Part shown: positions 27,450 to 37,476 of the stretch, piece by piece
Numbering within the stretch: position 1 is the first letter of the stretch
Layout: every line of letters starts with the position of its first letter
Source of the DNA: Methanoregula sp.
Lineage (GTDB): Archaea > Halobacteriota > Methanomicrobia > Methanomicrobiales > Methanospirillaceae
Assembly (NCBI GenBank): GCA_026394655.1
Contig: JAPKXU010000184.1
Span: forward strand, 1-57,453
Length of the DNA: 57,453 nt
Direction of reading: 5' to 3'
Notes under the pieces: generated by a model
What the model was told of the DNA's origin: nothing
Database searches by the model: none
What the model saw: only the letters and a program-made list of their open reading frames with translations
Program-made: the position numbers and the translations under genes

Positions 27450-29306
27450 TCACTCGTCGCCTTGGATCGCTGCGATGAACGCCGGTCCGTACTTTCTCAG
27501 TTTAAACGCACCCACCCCGGCAATCGCACGGAAACTCTCCTCATCAGACGGGCGTTTGCGTGCCATCTCCCGCAGGCTGTTGGTAGAAAAGACGTAATAC
27601 GACGGCACGCCCTCCCGCTCTGCAATCTTCGTGCAGAGCGCCTTTAATCGCTCGTAGAGATCAGGATCGTCAGCATCCGGGACTTTGACCGCGGGGGTCA
27701 CGGGAACTTTCGTTACTTCTGCCTTCCGCATCCTTGGCGTTTGGGCCGCTGCTTTTGGCACCTTCGCCCGTGGAGCACTCACTTCAGGAACGGGCAGCAT
27801 CACCGGTGTTTTACCAGCGAGTACGCTTTCACACTTCGCTGTCAGGCTGATGACCGGGTATTCGTCGCCCGTCCTCGCCAGGTATCCCTGCCGGACAAGG
27901 TCTTTGATCCATGCCACGTAGTGCTGCTTTGTGTACTTCGTCCCGGATTTATAGTACGAGAACTCGTCAAGGTGATATTCCTTGATCTTCGTGCTTTTCC
28001 CCCCGGTCAACACATCGGCGACAAGGCCCATGCCAAAATGTGTTGGCAGCTGTCCGATGCAGGAAATGATCCGGATGGCTTCGGTTGTATACTCGCCCAC
28101 TTTCTTCGGGTTGACACAGTTGTCGCAGAGCGCACAGTTGGTATCCGGGTATGCTTCCCCGAAGTACGCGAGCAGGTATCCCCTCCGGCAGCGGGTGGTC
28201 TCACAATATTCCGCCATTGCCTGCAATTTACGGATTGCCAGGTGGGTATGCCGCTCGCTGGCTCCATCGTTTTCGAGCATCGAGCGGGTCTTGCCTAAGT
28301 CTCCCCGGCTGTAAAAGAGGAGGCATTCGCTTGGTTTCCCGTCCCGCCCGGCGCGCCCGGTCTCCTGGTAATAGGACTCGATCGATTTGGGCAGGTCGTA
28401 GTGGATGACAAACCGGACGTCCGGCTTGTCGATGCCCATACCGAAGGCGACGGTGGCGCAGACAATCTTCACGGTGTCATGGATGAATGCGTCCTGGACT
28501 TCATCACGGATCTGCGTTGAGAGCCCGGCGTGATAGGGGTATGACTTAAACCCGTGCCTCCGGAGTTCACCCGAGAGTTCTTCGGTCTCTTTTTTGGAGA
28601 AGCAGTAGATGATCCCGGAGGCATCACGGTGTTTTTTGAGAAAATCAAGCAAGATGCCCAGTTGATCCGCTCTCTTTGGGACCACCCGGTAATGGAGATT
28701 TGCGCGGTTGAAACTGCCGACATATTCGTTTTCAGACAAAAAGCCAAGTTGCTGGCAGACATCCTTTCTGACATCAGGAGTGGCTGTGGCGGTCAGGGCA
28801 ATGAGGGGAATTGTGGGGAAGTGTTTTTTTAGTGCCGCCAGTTCGCGGTATTCGGGTCTGAAGTTGTGCCCCCATTCGGAGATGCAGTGCGCTTCGTCGA
28901 TGGCGATGAGCCGGACGGGCGCATCTTTTAAGAATGCGAGGAAGTTTGCCTGCATGCATTTTTCAGGAGAGATAAAGAGGAGACGGAGGTTGCCGTTCTT
29001 TACATCGGTCTCGATCTGGCACCGGTCGCGGTAGTCTTGTGCACTGTTGTAGGCGGCGGCAGGGATTCCGCGTGCGTTGAGGTCGTCGACCTGATCTTTC
29101 ATGAGCGAGATTAAGGGAGAGATGACGAGGGTCAGCCCGCCAAGGCGGAGAGCGGGCAACTGGTAGCAGAGCGACTTTCCCCCGCCGGTTGCCATGATCG
29201 CGAGGGTGTCCTTGTTCTGGAGAACGGATGTGATGATCTCTTTCTGGTGGGGTAAGAATGAGGTATAGTTCCAGTATTTTTCTAATAGTTCCCCGGCTTT
29301 GTCCAT
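27450..29306 (-). CDS. recQ: DNA helicase RecQ (helicase, RQC and HRDC domains)
   Basis: ATGGGKSLCYQLP, IDEAHCISEWGHNFRPEY, ATVAFGMGIDKPDVRFV, YYQETGRAGRDG, CRR..CALCDNC, HRDC tail. Confidence 0.97.
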   Translation of the reverse strand: MDKAGELLEKYWNYTSFLPHQKEIITSVLQNKDTLAIMATGGGKSLCYQLPALRLGGLTLVISPLISLMKDQVDDLNARGIPAAAYNSAQDYRDRCQIETDVKNGNLRLLFISPEKCMQANFLAFLKDAPVRLIAIDEAHCISEWGHNFRPEYRELAALKKHFPTIPLIALTATATPDVRKDVCQQLGFLSENEYVGSFNRANLHYRVVPKRADQLGILLDFLKKHRDASGIIYCFSKKETEELSGELRRHGFKSYPYHAGLSTQIRDEVQDAFIHDTVKIVCATVAFGMGIDKPDVRFVIHYDLPKSIESYYQETGRAGRDGKPSECLLFYSRGDLGKTRSMLENDGASERHTHLAIRKLQAMAEYCETTRCRRGYLLAYFGEAYPDTNCALCDNCVNPKKVGEYTTEAIRIISCIGQLPTHFGMGLVADVLTGGKSTKIKEYHLDEFSYYKSGTKYTKQHYVAWIKDLVRQGYLARTGDEYPVISLTAKCESVLAGKTPVMLPVPEVSAPRAKVPKAAAQTPRMRKAEVTKVPVTPAVKVPDADDPDLYERLKALCTKIAEREGVPSYYVFSTNSLREMARKRPSDEESFRAIAGVGAFKLRKYGPAFIAAIQGDE

Positions 29307-29550
29307 CGCGTCCCCGTCATCCTCTGGTGAGTGGTATTAATTCGGTGGATTTCCAGATGAAGATTTTCTAAAGGGATGGGGAGATGGGGTGCGAATAACA
29401 GAAATTGTTCAGGAAGCAAAAATGATCCGTTGTGAATTCTGATCCAAGAGAATTACGACAACAGGTTCCAGCGTGATGCAACACCTGATGACGTATTACG
29501 AGTACATTTATGTGAGTAATTATTGACAAATGAGATCCAGAGTGATACAG

Positions 29551-30063
29551 ATGCCTGACCACGTGCATGAAGAAATCAGGGAGATAAAATACAAGTTGGA
29601 CATTACAGAGCGGACGGAAGAGGAGGTGCAACGAGCGTTTCTGGAAGGCGAGGAGTTTTTAGTCCTCGAAATCCAGATCGTCGGAAAGGTGGAGGAGGAT
29701 AAGGGCAAAGATACGCTGAATGTCGATTATCTCGCAGTGTGTAATACAAAAGTGCTTATGAATCCCTGGATGCAGGACAAGATCAGAAAACTCACGATAA
29801 TTTGCAAAAAGACTGTCATGAATTTAAAACCTCGTAGAATCGCCGGGCTTATCCCTTTGATCAAGGGGTGCGATAAACAGGAGGTGTGCCTGTACCGGCT
29901 GTCTGCATGGGTGTTTATGGACGAGGACGGTACGAAAAAGTGGAACATCAAGGACAAGATCGATCCGGTACTTGTAGAAGTGGACGCAGTGGCGCCCAAA
30001 AAGGCGGAATCAGCAAAAGAATGGGCGAAGGAAGTGTTGATGGAGCCTATGGAGCAATCCTGA
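29551..30063 (+). CDS. Hypothetical protein
   Basis: About 170-aa charged ORF; family not recognised. Confidence 0.6.
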   Translation: MPDHVHEEIREIKYKLDITERTEEEVQRAFLEGEEFLVLEIQIVGKVEEDKGKDTLNVDYLAVCNTKVLMNPWMQDKIRKLTIICKKTVMNLKPRRIAGLIPLIKGCDKQEVCLYRLSAWVFMDEDGTKKWNIKDKIDPVLVEVDAVAPKKAESAKEWAKEVLMEPMEQS

Positions 30064-30156
30064 AAGCCAGCAAAATCTCTTTTTCTTCTGCCCTCCCGGA
30101 CTGGAGCATAAAAAAAGCGTGTCTGACCTGTTCGTCAGCGAAATAGAGGGCAGCAT

Positions 30157-30429
30157 TCATTGGATCTTCAGGTTATTGTTACTGATATATCGATTTACAA
30201 GTTCCGGGTTATAGATCCAACAGATTTTTTTGTCGGCATCCGTTGCGATCTTTCCGGAATCCTGAAGATAGCTGATGATAGTGGAGAATGTTTGGTACAT
30301 CATCTTCTTGGGCAGGTTCTCCCACAATGCCCTTTTTTTGTATTCCCCGCTATGTTCCCGGATGAATGCCTCGACCATCAGTACGGTATCGAGCTGGGGG
30401 GAGTGAACCGCTTTGGTCTCGGATATCAT
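30157..30429 (-). CDS. Small winged-helix-like hypothetical protein
   Basis: HSPQLDTVLMVE..KKRALWENLPKKMMYQTF..ISYLQDSGKI pattern. Confidence 0.7.
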   Translation of the reverse strand: MISETKAVHSPQLDTVLMVEAFIREHSGEYKKRALWENLPKKMMYQTFSTIISYLQDSGKIATDADKKICWIYNPELVNRYISNNNLKIQ

Positions 30430-30440
30430 AGAACGAATTT

Positions 30441-30462
30441 TGTTATATAACTATATATAACA
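30441..30462. promoter_or_regulatory. 9-bp inverted repeat overlapping the TATA region of the small wHTH gene
   Basis: TGTTATATA-ACTA-TATATAACA, 12-33 bp upstream of the start at 30429. Confidence 0.55.
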
Positions 30463-30555
30463 TTTTAACCGGAGAGATCCGGCTGAAGGGAAGATAAACA
30501 CGGGATTCCTCTCCCGATGACCGGCTAAAAAAAGGAAAAAACTTTTTTCAACTCT

Positions 30556-32250
30556 TCACTTGTGCGTGAAGTAAGCCCGTACTCCATCCTCAGAAACCGC
30601 ATCGATCCGAACAAACCCGACGCGTTCGAACTGCACTACCTTGTCCAGCTCAGACCGGACCGCAGGTTCGCACGCGCCGGTCATTTCACCCTCCGGTGTG
30701 AGGAGCGTGCAGGGCACTGCCTCCTGTGCTGGAAGCCACTGGATGATGTGGGCTTTTGCTGCACGGGCGTCAGCAAGCGAATCTCCGGCGTATGCAAACG
30801 AAGGGGTGGCTCCGTCCCATGCAAGGTTTACGTTGAAGAGGTCTTTCAACCGGACCATCGTCACCTCCGGTCTGAGTTCAGCGGCGGGCAGCAGGACGGA
30901 GCCTTCAAAGGCAAGTGTCCGCACGCCACGGGCAGCATCGCCGGGGTGCAGCTGGGCATGTGCCACATGGTGCGGGGCGCCGGCGATCGTCGCGGTGACC
31001 GGATCCGGCACAAAGAAATACCGGTTCGCCACCGGATCGACGATTTTCTTGTTCTCCGCGAAAAGGTTGTCCCACGAGAACGAGATGTCGGTGTCCCCGA
31101 TCCCGATCGCAAGCATCGCGTTCTTCACCGCTTCAGGGCTGATCCCCCGGCGGGCGAGCGCCCGGAGCGTACCGAGCCGGATATCGTCCCAGCCGGTATA
31201 TACCCCGTCATCGATGCCCTTACGCATCTGGGATGTCGACAGTACTACGCCTTCGATCCCCATCCTGCCATAGTGCCGGTACACCGGCACCTCCCAGCCA
31301 AAATGGTCGTAGATGTAGCGCTGCCGGCGGGTGTTCGCGATATGGTCCTTGCCTCGGATCACGTGCGTCACGCCGAGCAGGTGGTCATCGGCAACGACCG
31401 AGAAGTTCATGAGTGGGTACACGAAGGCATCCGGCTTTTTCGGGTGCGCCGGTGCATCGAGGATACGGAAGACAGGGAAGTCACGCATCGCCGGATCCGG
31501 GTTGAAGAGATCCGTCCTCACCCGCACGGTTGCTTCGCCCTCAGAAAAACCATGGGCGAGCATCTTCTCCCAGAGTGCGAGCCCGGTCTCAACCGGCTGG
31601 TCACGGCACGGACAGGCAACCTTTGCCTGCTTCAACTCCTTGAAATGCTCATTGTCGCAGGTGCAGACATATGCCCCGCCGCGCCCGATCAACTCACGGC
31701 AGAGCTCATAGTAGAACGGGAGCCGGTCGCTCTGGGTGACGGTCTCGGTAATCTCGAGCCCGAGCCACCTGATATCTTCCTTCACCATCTCGTACGCGTC
31801 GGGATCGACACGTTTCGGATCGGTGTCTTCGATGCGCAGGATATACCTGCCCCCGTACTGCTTCACGTAGGCATCGTTCAACGCCGCAGCACGGGCATGC
31901 CCGATGTGGAGCGGTCCGGAAGGGTTCGGCGCAAACCGCATCACGACGCCGTGCTCTGCCCCTTCGAGATCGGGCAAGCCCTTCCTGTGCTCGTGTTTGG
32001 CAAAGAGCGCCGTATACTGCTCCGGTGCATCTGCCTGCAACCTCGCGACACGCTCATCAACCGAGAGTGCCGCAACCTCGGCAATCGCCTCTTTTGCCAG
32101 CGCCGAGACTTCCTTTGCCCGGGAACGCAGCTCCGGGTGGGTGCCCATCACCATGCCGATCACCGCCCCCGCCTGCGGCACACCGCCGTGCTTCACCGCG
32201 TTCTGGAGCGCACACAAAAAGAGAGCGCTCTTTGGGTCGTCCCCTGCCAT
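30556..32250 (-). CDS. gltX: Glutamyl-tRNA synthetase (archaeal)
   Basis: MRFAPNPSGPLHIGH, LRIEDTDP, THVIRGKDH, LSTS, QFERVGF. Confidence 0.97.
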   Translation of the reverse strand: MAGDDPKSALFLCALQNAVKHGGVPQAGAVIGMVMGTHPELRSRAKEVSALAKEAIAEVAALSVDERVARLQADAPEQYTALFAKHEHRKGLPDLEGAEHGVVMRFAPNPSGPLHIGHARAAALNDAYVKQYGGRYILRIEDTDPKRVDPDAYEMVKEDIRWLGLEITETVTQSDRLPFYYELCRELIGRGGAYVCTCDNEHFKELKQAKVACPCRDQPVETGLALWEKMLAHGFSEGEATVRVRTDLFNPDPAMRDFPVFRILDAPAHPKKPDAFVYPLMNFSVVADDHLLGVTHVIRGKDHIANTRRQRYIYDHFGWEVPVYRHYGRMGIEGVVLSTSQMRKGIDDGVYTGWDDIRLGTLRALARRGISPEAVKNAMLAIGIGDTDISFSWDNLFAENKKIVDPVANRYFFVPDPVTATIAGAPHHVAHAQLHPGDAARGVRTLAFEGSVLLPAAELRPEVTMVRLKDLFNVNLAWDGATPSFAYAGDSLADARAAKAHIIQWLPAQEAVPCTLLTPEGEMTGACEPAVRSELDKVVQFERVGFVRIDAVSEDGVRAYFTHK

Positions 32251-32251
32251 C

Positions 32252-33217
32252 CTAATAACTCCGGGTCACAAAGAATTCGCCGATCTCCATAAGGAGCGCC
32301 CGCTCTTTTGACGGGCGGAGGATGGCAAGGTGCTTGTTGCTGTCCGCCACAAGCTCTGCGGCAATCTTTTTGACTTCATCGATCACGCCGGCGTCGGTGA
32401 GTTCTTTTACTGCCATGTCGATCTCCGCATCGGAAAGCTCGCGCCGGTATTTCGTGAGATCAAGCCCTTTCTCCCGTGCTTTGATCATGATCAGAGTCTG
32501 CTTTCCCTCGCGGAGATCCGATGCACGGTCCTTCCCGCTCTTCGAGGCAGGTGTCAAAAGGTCAATCAAGTCATCCTGTATCTGGAACGCGATACCCGTA
32601 TTCAACCCAAAGTTGTAGAGCGTCTTTACCTGCTGGGCATTGCCCCCGGCAAGGATGCCGCCGATCCCAGCAGCTGCTGCGTAGAGGACACCAGTCTTCT
32701 TTTTTACCATCTCAAGATATTCATACTCGTCGACATCGTTCCGGCGCTCAAAGGACATGTCCATGTGCTGCCCGGCGCAGATATCGGCGCAGGCACGGGC
32801 GAGCATAGTCACTGCACGGGTCTTTGCCTCTTCCTTTACCTTCGTCATGCAGATATACTCGAAGGCACGGGCATACAGGACGTCACCGGCAAGGATGCCT
32901 GTCGGCATATCCCATTTCGTGTGCACCGTTTGGACACCCCGGCGCAGTTCGTCGTCGTCCATGATATCATCGTGGATGAGCGTGAAGGTGTGCGTCAATT
33001 CGAGGGCAAGGGCTGCCTGCAGGATCTCATCTGATATCCCCGGCTTCACCGCATCAGCGGAGAGCATCACCACTGCCGGGCGGAGCCGTTTGCCTCCCGC
33101 CGCAAGCAGGTGGGCAGCTGCCTTGTTCAGTTCACCTGTGGTATTGACAAAATACCGGTCGATCATCTGGTCGATGGTCTTTGCGACAGCATCGAGGTAC
33201 GGTGCAAGTTCTGACAT
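32252..33217 (-). CDS. idsA: Geranylgeranyl diphosphate / polyprenyl synthase
   Basis: GGKRLRP, LIHDDIMDDDELRRG, FQIQDDLID. Confidence 0.92.
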   Translation of the reverse strand: MSELAPYLDAVAKTIDQMIDRYFVNTTGELNKAAAHLLAAGGKRLRPAVVMLSADAVKPGISDEILQAALALELTHTFTLIHDDIMDDDELRRGVQTVHTKWDMPTGILAGDVLYARAFEYICMTKVKEEAKTRAVTMLARACADICAGQHMDMSFERRNDVDEYEYLEMVKKKTGVLYAAAAGIGGILAGGNAQQVKTLYNFGLNTGIAFQIQDDLIDLLTPASKSGKDRASDLREGKQTLIMIKAREKGLDLTKYRRELSDAEIDMAVKELTDAGVIDEVKKIAAELVADSNKHLAILRPSKERALLMEIGEFFVTRSY

Positions 33218-33230
33218 CTTATTCCCCGTG

Positions 33231-34568
33231 TTAGTTCAGTTTGAGCCTCTGACCGTTCCTTAGAATGTGGACGGTTGAGTGCAGCGTATAGCCAAGATCT
33301 CCGGCGAACTCCGCGTACGCGGCGGTCATCTTTATGTGCCCGTGAGCCGGGATGATGTGCTGCGGGTTCAACAGGTTGATGAACTCGTAATGGTCCTCCC
33401 GGTAGGCATGCCCGCTGACGTGGAGATCCTCAAAGATACGGGCGCCCGTCATTTTCAAGTGTGCCTCGACCATGTAGCGCTGCCCGAAGTTCATCGGGTT
33501 CGGGATCACGTTTGCCGAGAAGAGGATTTTATCGCCCTTCGACAACAGGTACGGTGTATCCCCGAGTGCCATACGGGTGAGGATGGAGCCCGGCTCTCCT
33601 TGGTGCCCGGTAACGATCGGCAGGAACTTGTCCTTGCCCGCCTTCATCATCCGGCGCAGCGTCCGGTCAACCGTCCGCCGGTTGCCAAAGACGCTCGTCG
33701 TCTCCGGGAACGAGACGAGTTTCATCTGCTCTGCTGTCACGGAATATTTCTCCATCGAGCGACCAAGAAGCACCGGCTTCCTGCCGATCTCGTGGGCACA
33801 TTCCGCGAGTGTCTTCACTCGTGCGATATGCGATGCGAACGTGGACACGATAATCGCGCTCTTGTCATCCTCGTAACTCGTGATAGTGTCCCGCACCAGG
33901 TCGCGTGCGATCCGTTCGCTGGGGCACCGCCCCGGGCGTTCAATGTAGGTGCTCTCGACAATGAGAGCGAGCACCCCCTCCTTTCCGATCTGCCTGAGCC
34001 GAGCGAAGTCCGGCGGTTCACCAATTACCGGCGTACGGTCAAGCTTGAAGTCGCAGGCGTAGACGATCGCGCCGTGCGGTGTGTGAAGCACTGGCGTTAC
34101 GGTGTCGATGATCGAGTGCTGCGTGTGGACGAACTCGAGAATGAGGGTCGGGGAGATCGTGTAACGCTGCCCTGCTTTTAAGGCGAAGAGCTTGTTGTTC
34201 ACTCCGAACTTCTGTTCGCCGGAGATCTGCTGCCGGATCAGCTCTGTCGCGTACGGTGCGGCAATGATCGGTGCGTTGTACCGGTGTGCCAGTTTCGGGA
34301 TCGCCCCGATATGGTCGAGGTGCCCGTGCGAGCAGACGATTGCTTTAACGGTCCCTTCGACCGCATTCATCAGGGTATCATCGGGTATCGCCTTGATCTT
34401 GATCAGATCAAGGGAGTGCATATTCTCCAGCTCTGCGTCCTCGTGGATCATTACCTGGTCGAGGCGCAGTCCCATGTCAAAGATGACAATCTCTTTTCCG
34501 ACGCGGACTGCGGTCATATTTCGCCCGACCTCATCATATCCGCCTACGGCAATAATTTCTATATCCAT
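33231..34568 (-). CDS. rnj: RNase J (beta-CASP ribonuclease)
   Basis: GGYDEVGRNM, SHGHLDHIG, TGHQGEP, HVSGHA, PAHGH. Confidence 0.95.
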   Translation of the reverse strand: MDIEIIAVGGYDEVGRNMTAVRVGKEIVIFDMGLRLDQVMIHEDAELENMHSLDLIKIKAIPDDTLMNAVEGTVKAIVCSHGHLDHIGAIPKLAHRYNAPIIAAPYATELIRQQISGEQKFGVNNKLFALKAGQRYTISPTLILEFVHTQHSIIDTVTPVLHTPHGAIVYACDFKLDRTPVIGEPPDFARLRQIGKEGVLALIVESTYIERPGRCPSERIARDLVRDTITSYEDDKSAIIVSTFASHIARVKTLAECAHEIGRKPVLLGRSMEKYSVTAEQMKLVSFPETTSVFGNRRTVDRTLRRMMKAGKDKFLPIVTGHQGEPGSILTRMALGDTPYLLSKGDKILFSANVIPNPMNFGQRYMVEAHLKMTGARIFEDLHVSGHAYREDHYEFINLLNPQHIIPAHGHIKMTAAYAEFAGDLGYTLHSTVHILRNGQRLKLN

Positions 34569-34761
34569 AATTCTCTTTCCTGTCTGTTTTTGTGTATGAT
34601 TTTCTTATGAAAATGCCTCGCGGCATTTTCATCACGTCTGCTTGTGACGTTATCGGTTCATCGGTGGTTATTATGAAAGCCGGCAAGCCGTCTCTCATTA
34701 TGACGTGCCTGAACTGGCAGGGGTCATCATAAATTTTTAAAATTTCTCGAATAGTATCGTG

Positions 34762-35865
34762 TTACCGGTTGATCCGCACGGGATTGTCCTTTCCGATCTG
34801 TTGGCGGGTGCGTCCCGTGATATACAGCCGTGCTTTTCGTAAATCTGCGATTTTACCTGATCCGGAGAGGAACATTGCCACTGCCAGCTCATGGTGGATC
34901 ACTTCGATCTGCCGTGCCAACGCGTCATCGCTCTCAAGAGCCGGTCGCAGGAGCGGGAGCGCCATCCCGCAGAGGTCTGCGCCGATGGCAAGACATTTTG
35001 CGATATCCATACCGCTCCGTATCCCGCCGGACGCAATCACCGGTCCGCCAGTAGTAAGCACTTCGGCAAGACTCACGACAGTTGGGATCCCCCAGCCAGA
35101 GAATACTTCACCAAGCGATTTCAAGTGCTTGTCTGCGGCATTCCTGCTCTTGTCAGCCCGGACGCTCTCGACTGCCGCCCAGGACGTCCCGCCCCAGCCA
35201 CCAATATCGATTGCCCCGGCACCGATTCCCCAGCACTGCCGTGCAGTTCTCTCTGAAATGCCACAGCCGGTCTCCTTGACGATAACCGGCACCTTCGACT
35301 CTGCACAGAGCGACTCGATCGCGGCGAGGCACCCGGTTGCATTGTGGTCGCCTTCCGGCTGGATCGCTTCCTGCAGGAAGTTCAAGTGGATCGCGATCGC
35401 ATTCGCACCGATCTGCTCCACTGCCTGTTCTGCCCATTCGTTCCCATGGTCCCGAAGCTGGACTGCCCCGAGATTGGCAACAAGGAACGCGTGAGGCGCT
35501 TCGTCCCGTACTACCGAGAAGGTATCCACAAGCGCGGGGTTCTCGAGCGCTGCACGCTGTGAGCCGACGCCCATGCCGATGCCGAAGCGTTCAGCCATGC
35601 GGGCGAGCCGGGCGTTCACTTCTTTTGTGCCGGGATGACCCCCGGTCATCCCAGAGATGAAGAGTGGGGAGGCAACGCGGTGGTTCAAAAACCGGGTAGA
35701 CAGATCAATCGTACCCATATCGCATTCCGGCAGTGCATCATGGACAAACCTGACATCCCCAAACCCGGCGTCGCCAGACTCCACCGCTTCCTCTGCACAG
35801 ATTCGCAGGTGATCGAGCTTGCGCGACGACGTGAACCGTTTCTTGTCTCCCATCACTTCACCCAA
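34762..35865 (-). CDS. fni: Type 2 isopentenyl-diphosphate delta-isomerase
   Basis: RKLDHL, SGMTGG, VGSQRAA, HLNFLQEAIQPEG, VKETGCG, GGTSW. Confidence 0.96.
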   Translation of the reverse strand: MGEVMGDKKRFTSSRKLDHLRICAEEAVESGDAGFGDVRFVHDALPECDMGTIDLSTRFLNHRVASPLFISGMTGGHPGTKEVNARLARMAERFGIGMGVGSQRAALENPALVDTFSVVRDEAPHAFLVANLGAVQLRDHGNEWAEQAVEQIGANAIAIHLNFLQEAIQPEGDHNATGCLAAIESLCAESKVPVIVKETGCGISERTARQCWGIGAGAIDIGGWGGTSWAAVESVRADKSRNAADKHLKSLGEVFSGWGIPTVVSLAEVLTTGGPVIASGGIRSGMDIAKCLAIGADLCGMALPLLRPALESDDALARQIEVIHHELAVAMFLSGSGKIADLRKARLYITGRTRQQIGKDNPVRINR

Positions 35866-36613
35866 CTCTTACTCTCGTCCCGCCATGGTCGGAGCCTGCA
35901 AGGAACGCCCCGAGCCGCGAGACATGAAATATATCTGACCCGATACCCGCGTCTGCGAGTTCGAGCAGTTCATCGATCTTCCCTCTCATTCCACCGGTGA
36001 CATCGGTATGTAATGAGTTGCCGATCTGGAGAGCAGGCGCCGTCTTTTTTGTAATTTCAAAAACAACGTGCCCTCCATCCAGCACTCCCGGTACGTCGGT
36101 GGCGAGCCCTACGCGGTCGCATTTTAAGTGCACAGCGAGGTACCGCACGAGCTGGTCGCCAGATACGATGCAGGCTCCTCGCGAGAGGTCCATCACCACG
36201 TCGCCGTGGATCACAGGGACCATCCCGAGATCGAGCATCTTTTTTATGTGGCGGCACTCGAATGCAACGAGCCGTCCATTGTCAGCTACCCCAACGTGGA
36301 ACGGGTGAACTCCAATCGCCGGCACTCCGCATTCCCGGAGTGCCAGGACGACTGCTTCATTCAACCCGCTGACCGCCCGGTGGGTGACAGCGATACCTTC
36401 GGTCTGCCCGGCAATGGCACCCACGTCAAGGTGGTACCGTTTTGCCTCGGGATGCCCGCACGAGCCAGCGCCATGAATGATGAGGATCTTTCCGGTGTGT
36501 GCGTCGGCAATTGCATGGGCGATCGCAGCCAGCTGTTCGCGCTTAGTGGTGCAGTCTGCACTCTTGTCAGTAATGACGCTTCCGCCGAGTTTCACAAAGG
36601 TGAGGTCAGACAT
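35858..36613 (-). CDS. Isopentenyl phosphate kinase
   Basis: VKLGGSVITDK, IHGAGSCGH, PVIHGDV, SGDQL, DVTGGMRGK. Confidence 0.93.
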   Translation of the reverse strand: MSDLTFVKLGGSVITDKSADCTTKREQLAAIAHAIADAHTGKILIIHGAGSCGHPEAKRYHLDVGAIAGQTEGIAVTHRAVSGLNEAVVLALRECGVPAIGVHPFHVGVADNGRLVAFECRHIKKMLDLGMVPVIHGDVVMDLSRGACIVSGDQLVRYLAVHLKCDRVGLATDVPGVLDGGHVVFEITKKTAPALQIGNSLHTDVTGGMRGKIDELLELADAGIGSDIFHVSRLGAFLAGSDHGGTRVRVG

Positions 36614-37475
36614 TTCGCTCCTTTTTGACCCCTTCTGTATCAATACTCGTCATGATCGCCCGTGCATCACAGGCTTCGATTGCACCGGCTACACGTTGTT
36701 TGTGCTGGCGGGGACAGAGCGCGACCATGCAACCCCCGCCACCGGCTCCCGTGAGCTTCGCCCCGAAAGCCCCGGCTGAACGGGCGGCAATGACGAGTCG
36801 GGAGAGCTGCGGGTGCCCGACCCCGAGTGCATCGAGGAGCGCGTGGTTCATGTTCATGTAATGCCCGAGTTCTTTGGGGTCATGGAGATGGTGGATCGCT
36901 GCCAAGCTCACGCCCTCGATTGCGGCGAGCACGGGATCAACAATCTCCGGGTGCAGTCGCTTAAACTCGCTCACCTGTTCCACCATCTTTGACGTGGTGT
37001 GCGAGACAAGAGTGTCACCGATGACGAGGTGCATGTTCTGGGGCGGGAGCCGTCTCCGGGAGTTACCGGTGATAAGGACAATCCCTCCATATGCGGAGAC
37101 TGTCGTATCCGTAGGGCTCGCCCGCCCTTTCTGCACCTGTTTCTCGATCTCAAATGCCATGTTGGCGATCTCCTCGCGTGTCTTGTTCTTTCCAAATTCG
37201 TCGTTGATTGCTGATAAGGTTGCGACCGTTACGGCAGCAGATGACCCAAGCCCCGATGAGCTGGGGATCTGGGAGTTGATGTACACGCTTCCGGTCACGC
37301 CCATCACATCAAAGCACCCGTCAATATAGGGGGATCTCGCCCGTTGCGGGCGGGTTGTATTCCGCACCGTCACAAAGACGCGGGGCTTGATCGCCATCGC
37401 GATACCGGGCTTGCCGTATACTACTGCATGCTCGCCGAACAGAAACACCTTGCCCGGCGCACTCCACGTAGCCAA
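36606..37475 (-). CDS. mvk: Mevalonate kinase
   Basis: APGKVFLFGEHAVVYG, PSSSGLGSSAA, KLTGAGGGG; TTG start. Confidence 0.96.
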   Translation of the reverse strand: MATWSAPGKVFLFGEHAVVYGKPGIAMAIKPRVFVTVRNTTRPQRARSPYIDGCFDVMGVTGSVYINSQIPSSSGLGSSAAVTVATLSAINDEFGKNKTREEIANMAFEIEKQVQKGRASPTDTTVSAYGGIVLITGNSRRRLPPQNMHLVIGDTLVSHTTSKMVEQVSEFKRLHPEIVDPVLAAIEGVSLAAIHHLHDPKELGHYMNMNHALLDALGVGHPQLSRLVIAARSAGAFGAKLTGAGGGGCMVALCPRQHKQRVAGAIEACDARAIMTSIDTEGVKKERNV

Positions 37476-37476
37476 C

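Noticed and set aside
30562-32292. 576-aa ORF antisense to gltX
   Set aside because: Codon-register shadow typical of GC-rich genes; Arg/His/Val-rich with no recognisable domain.
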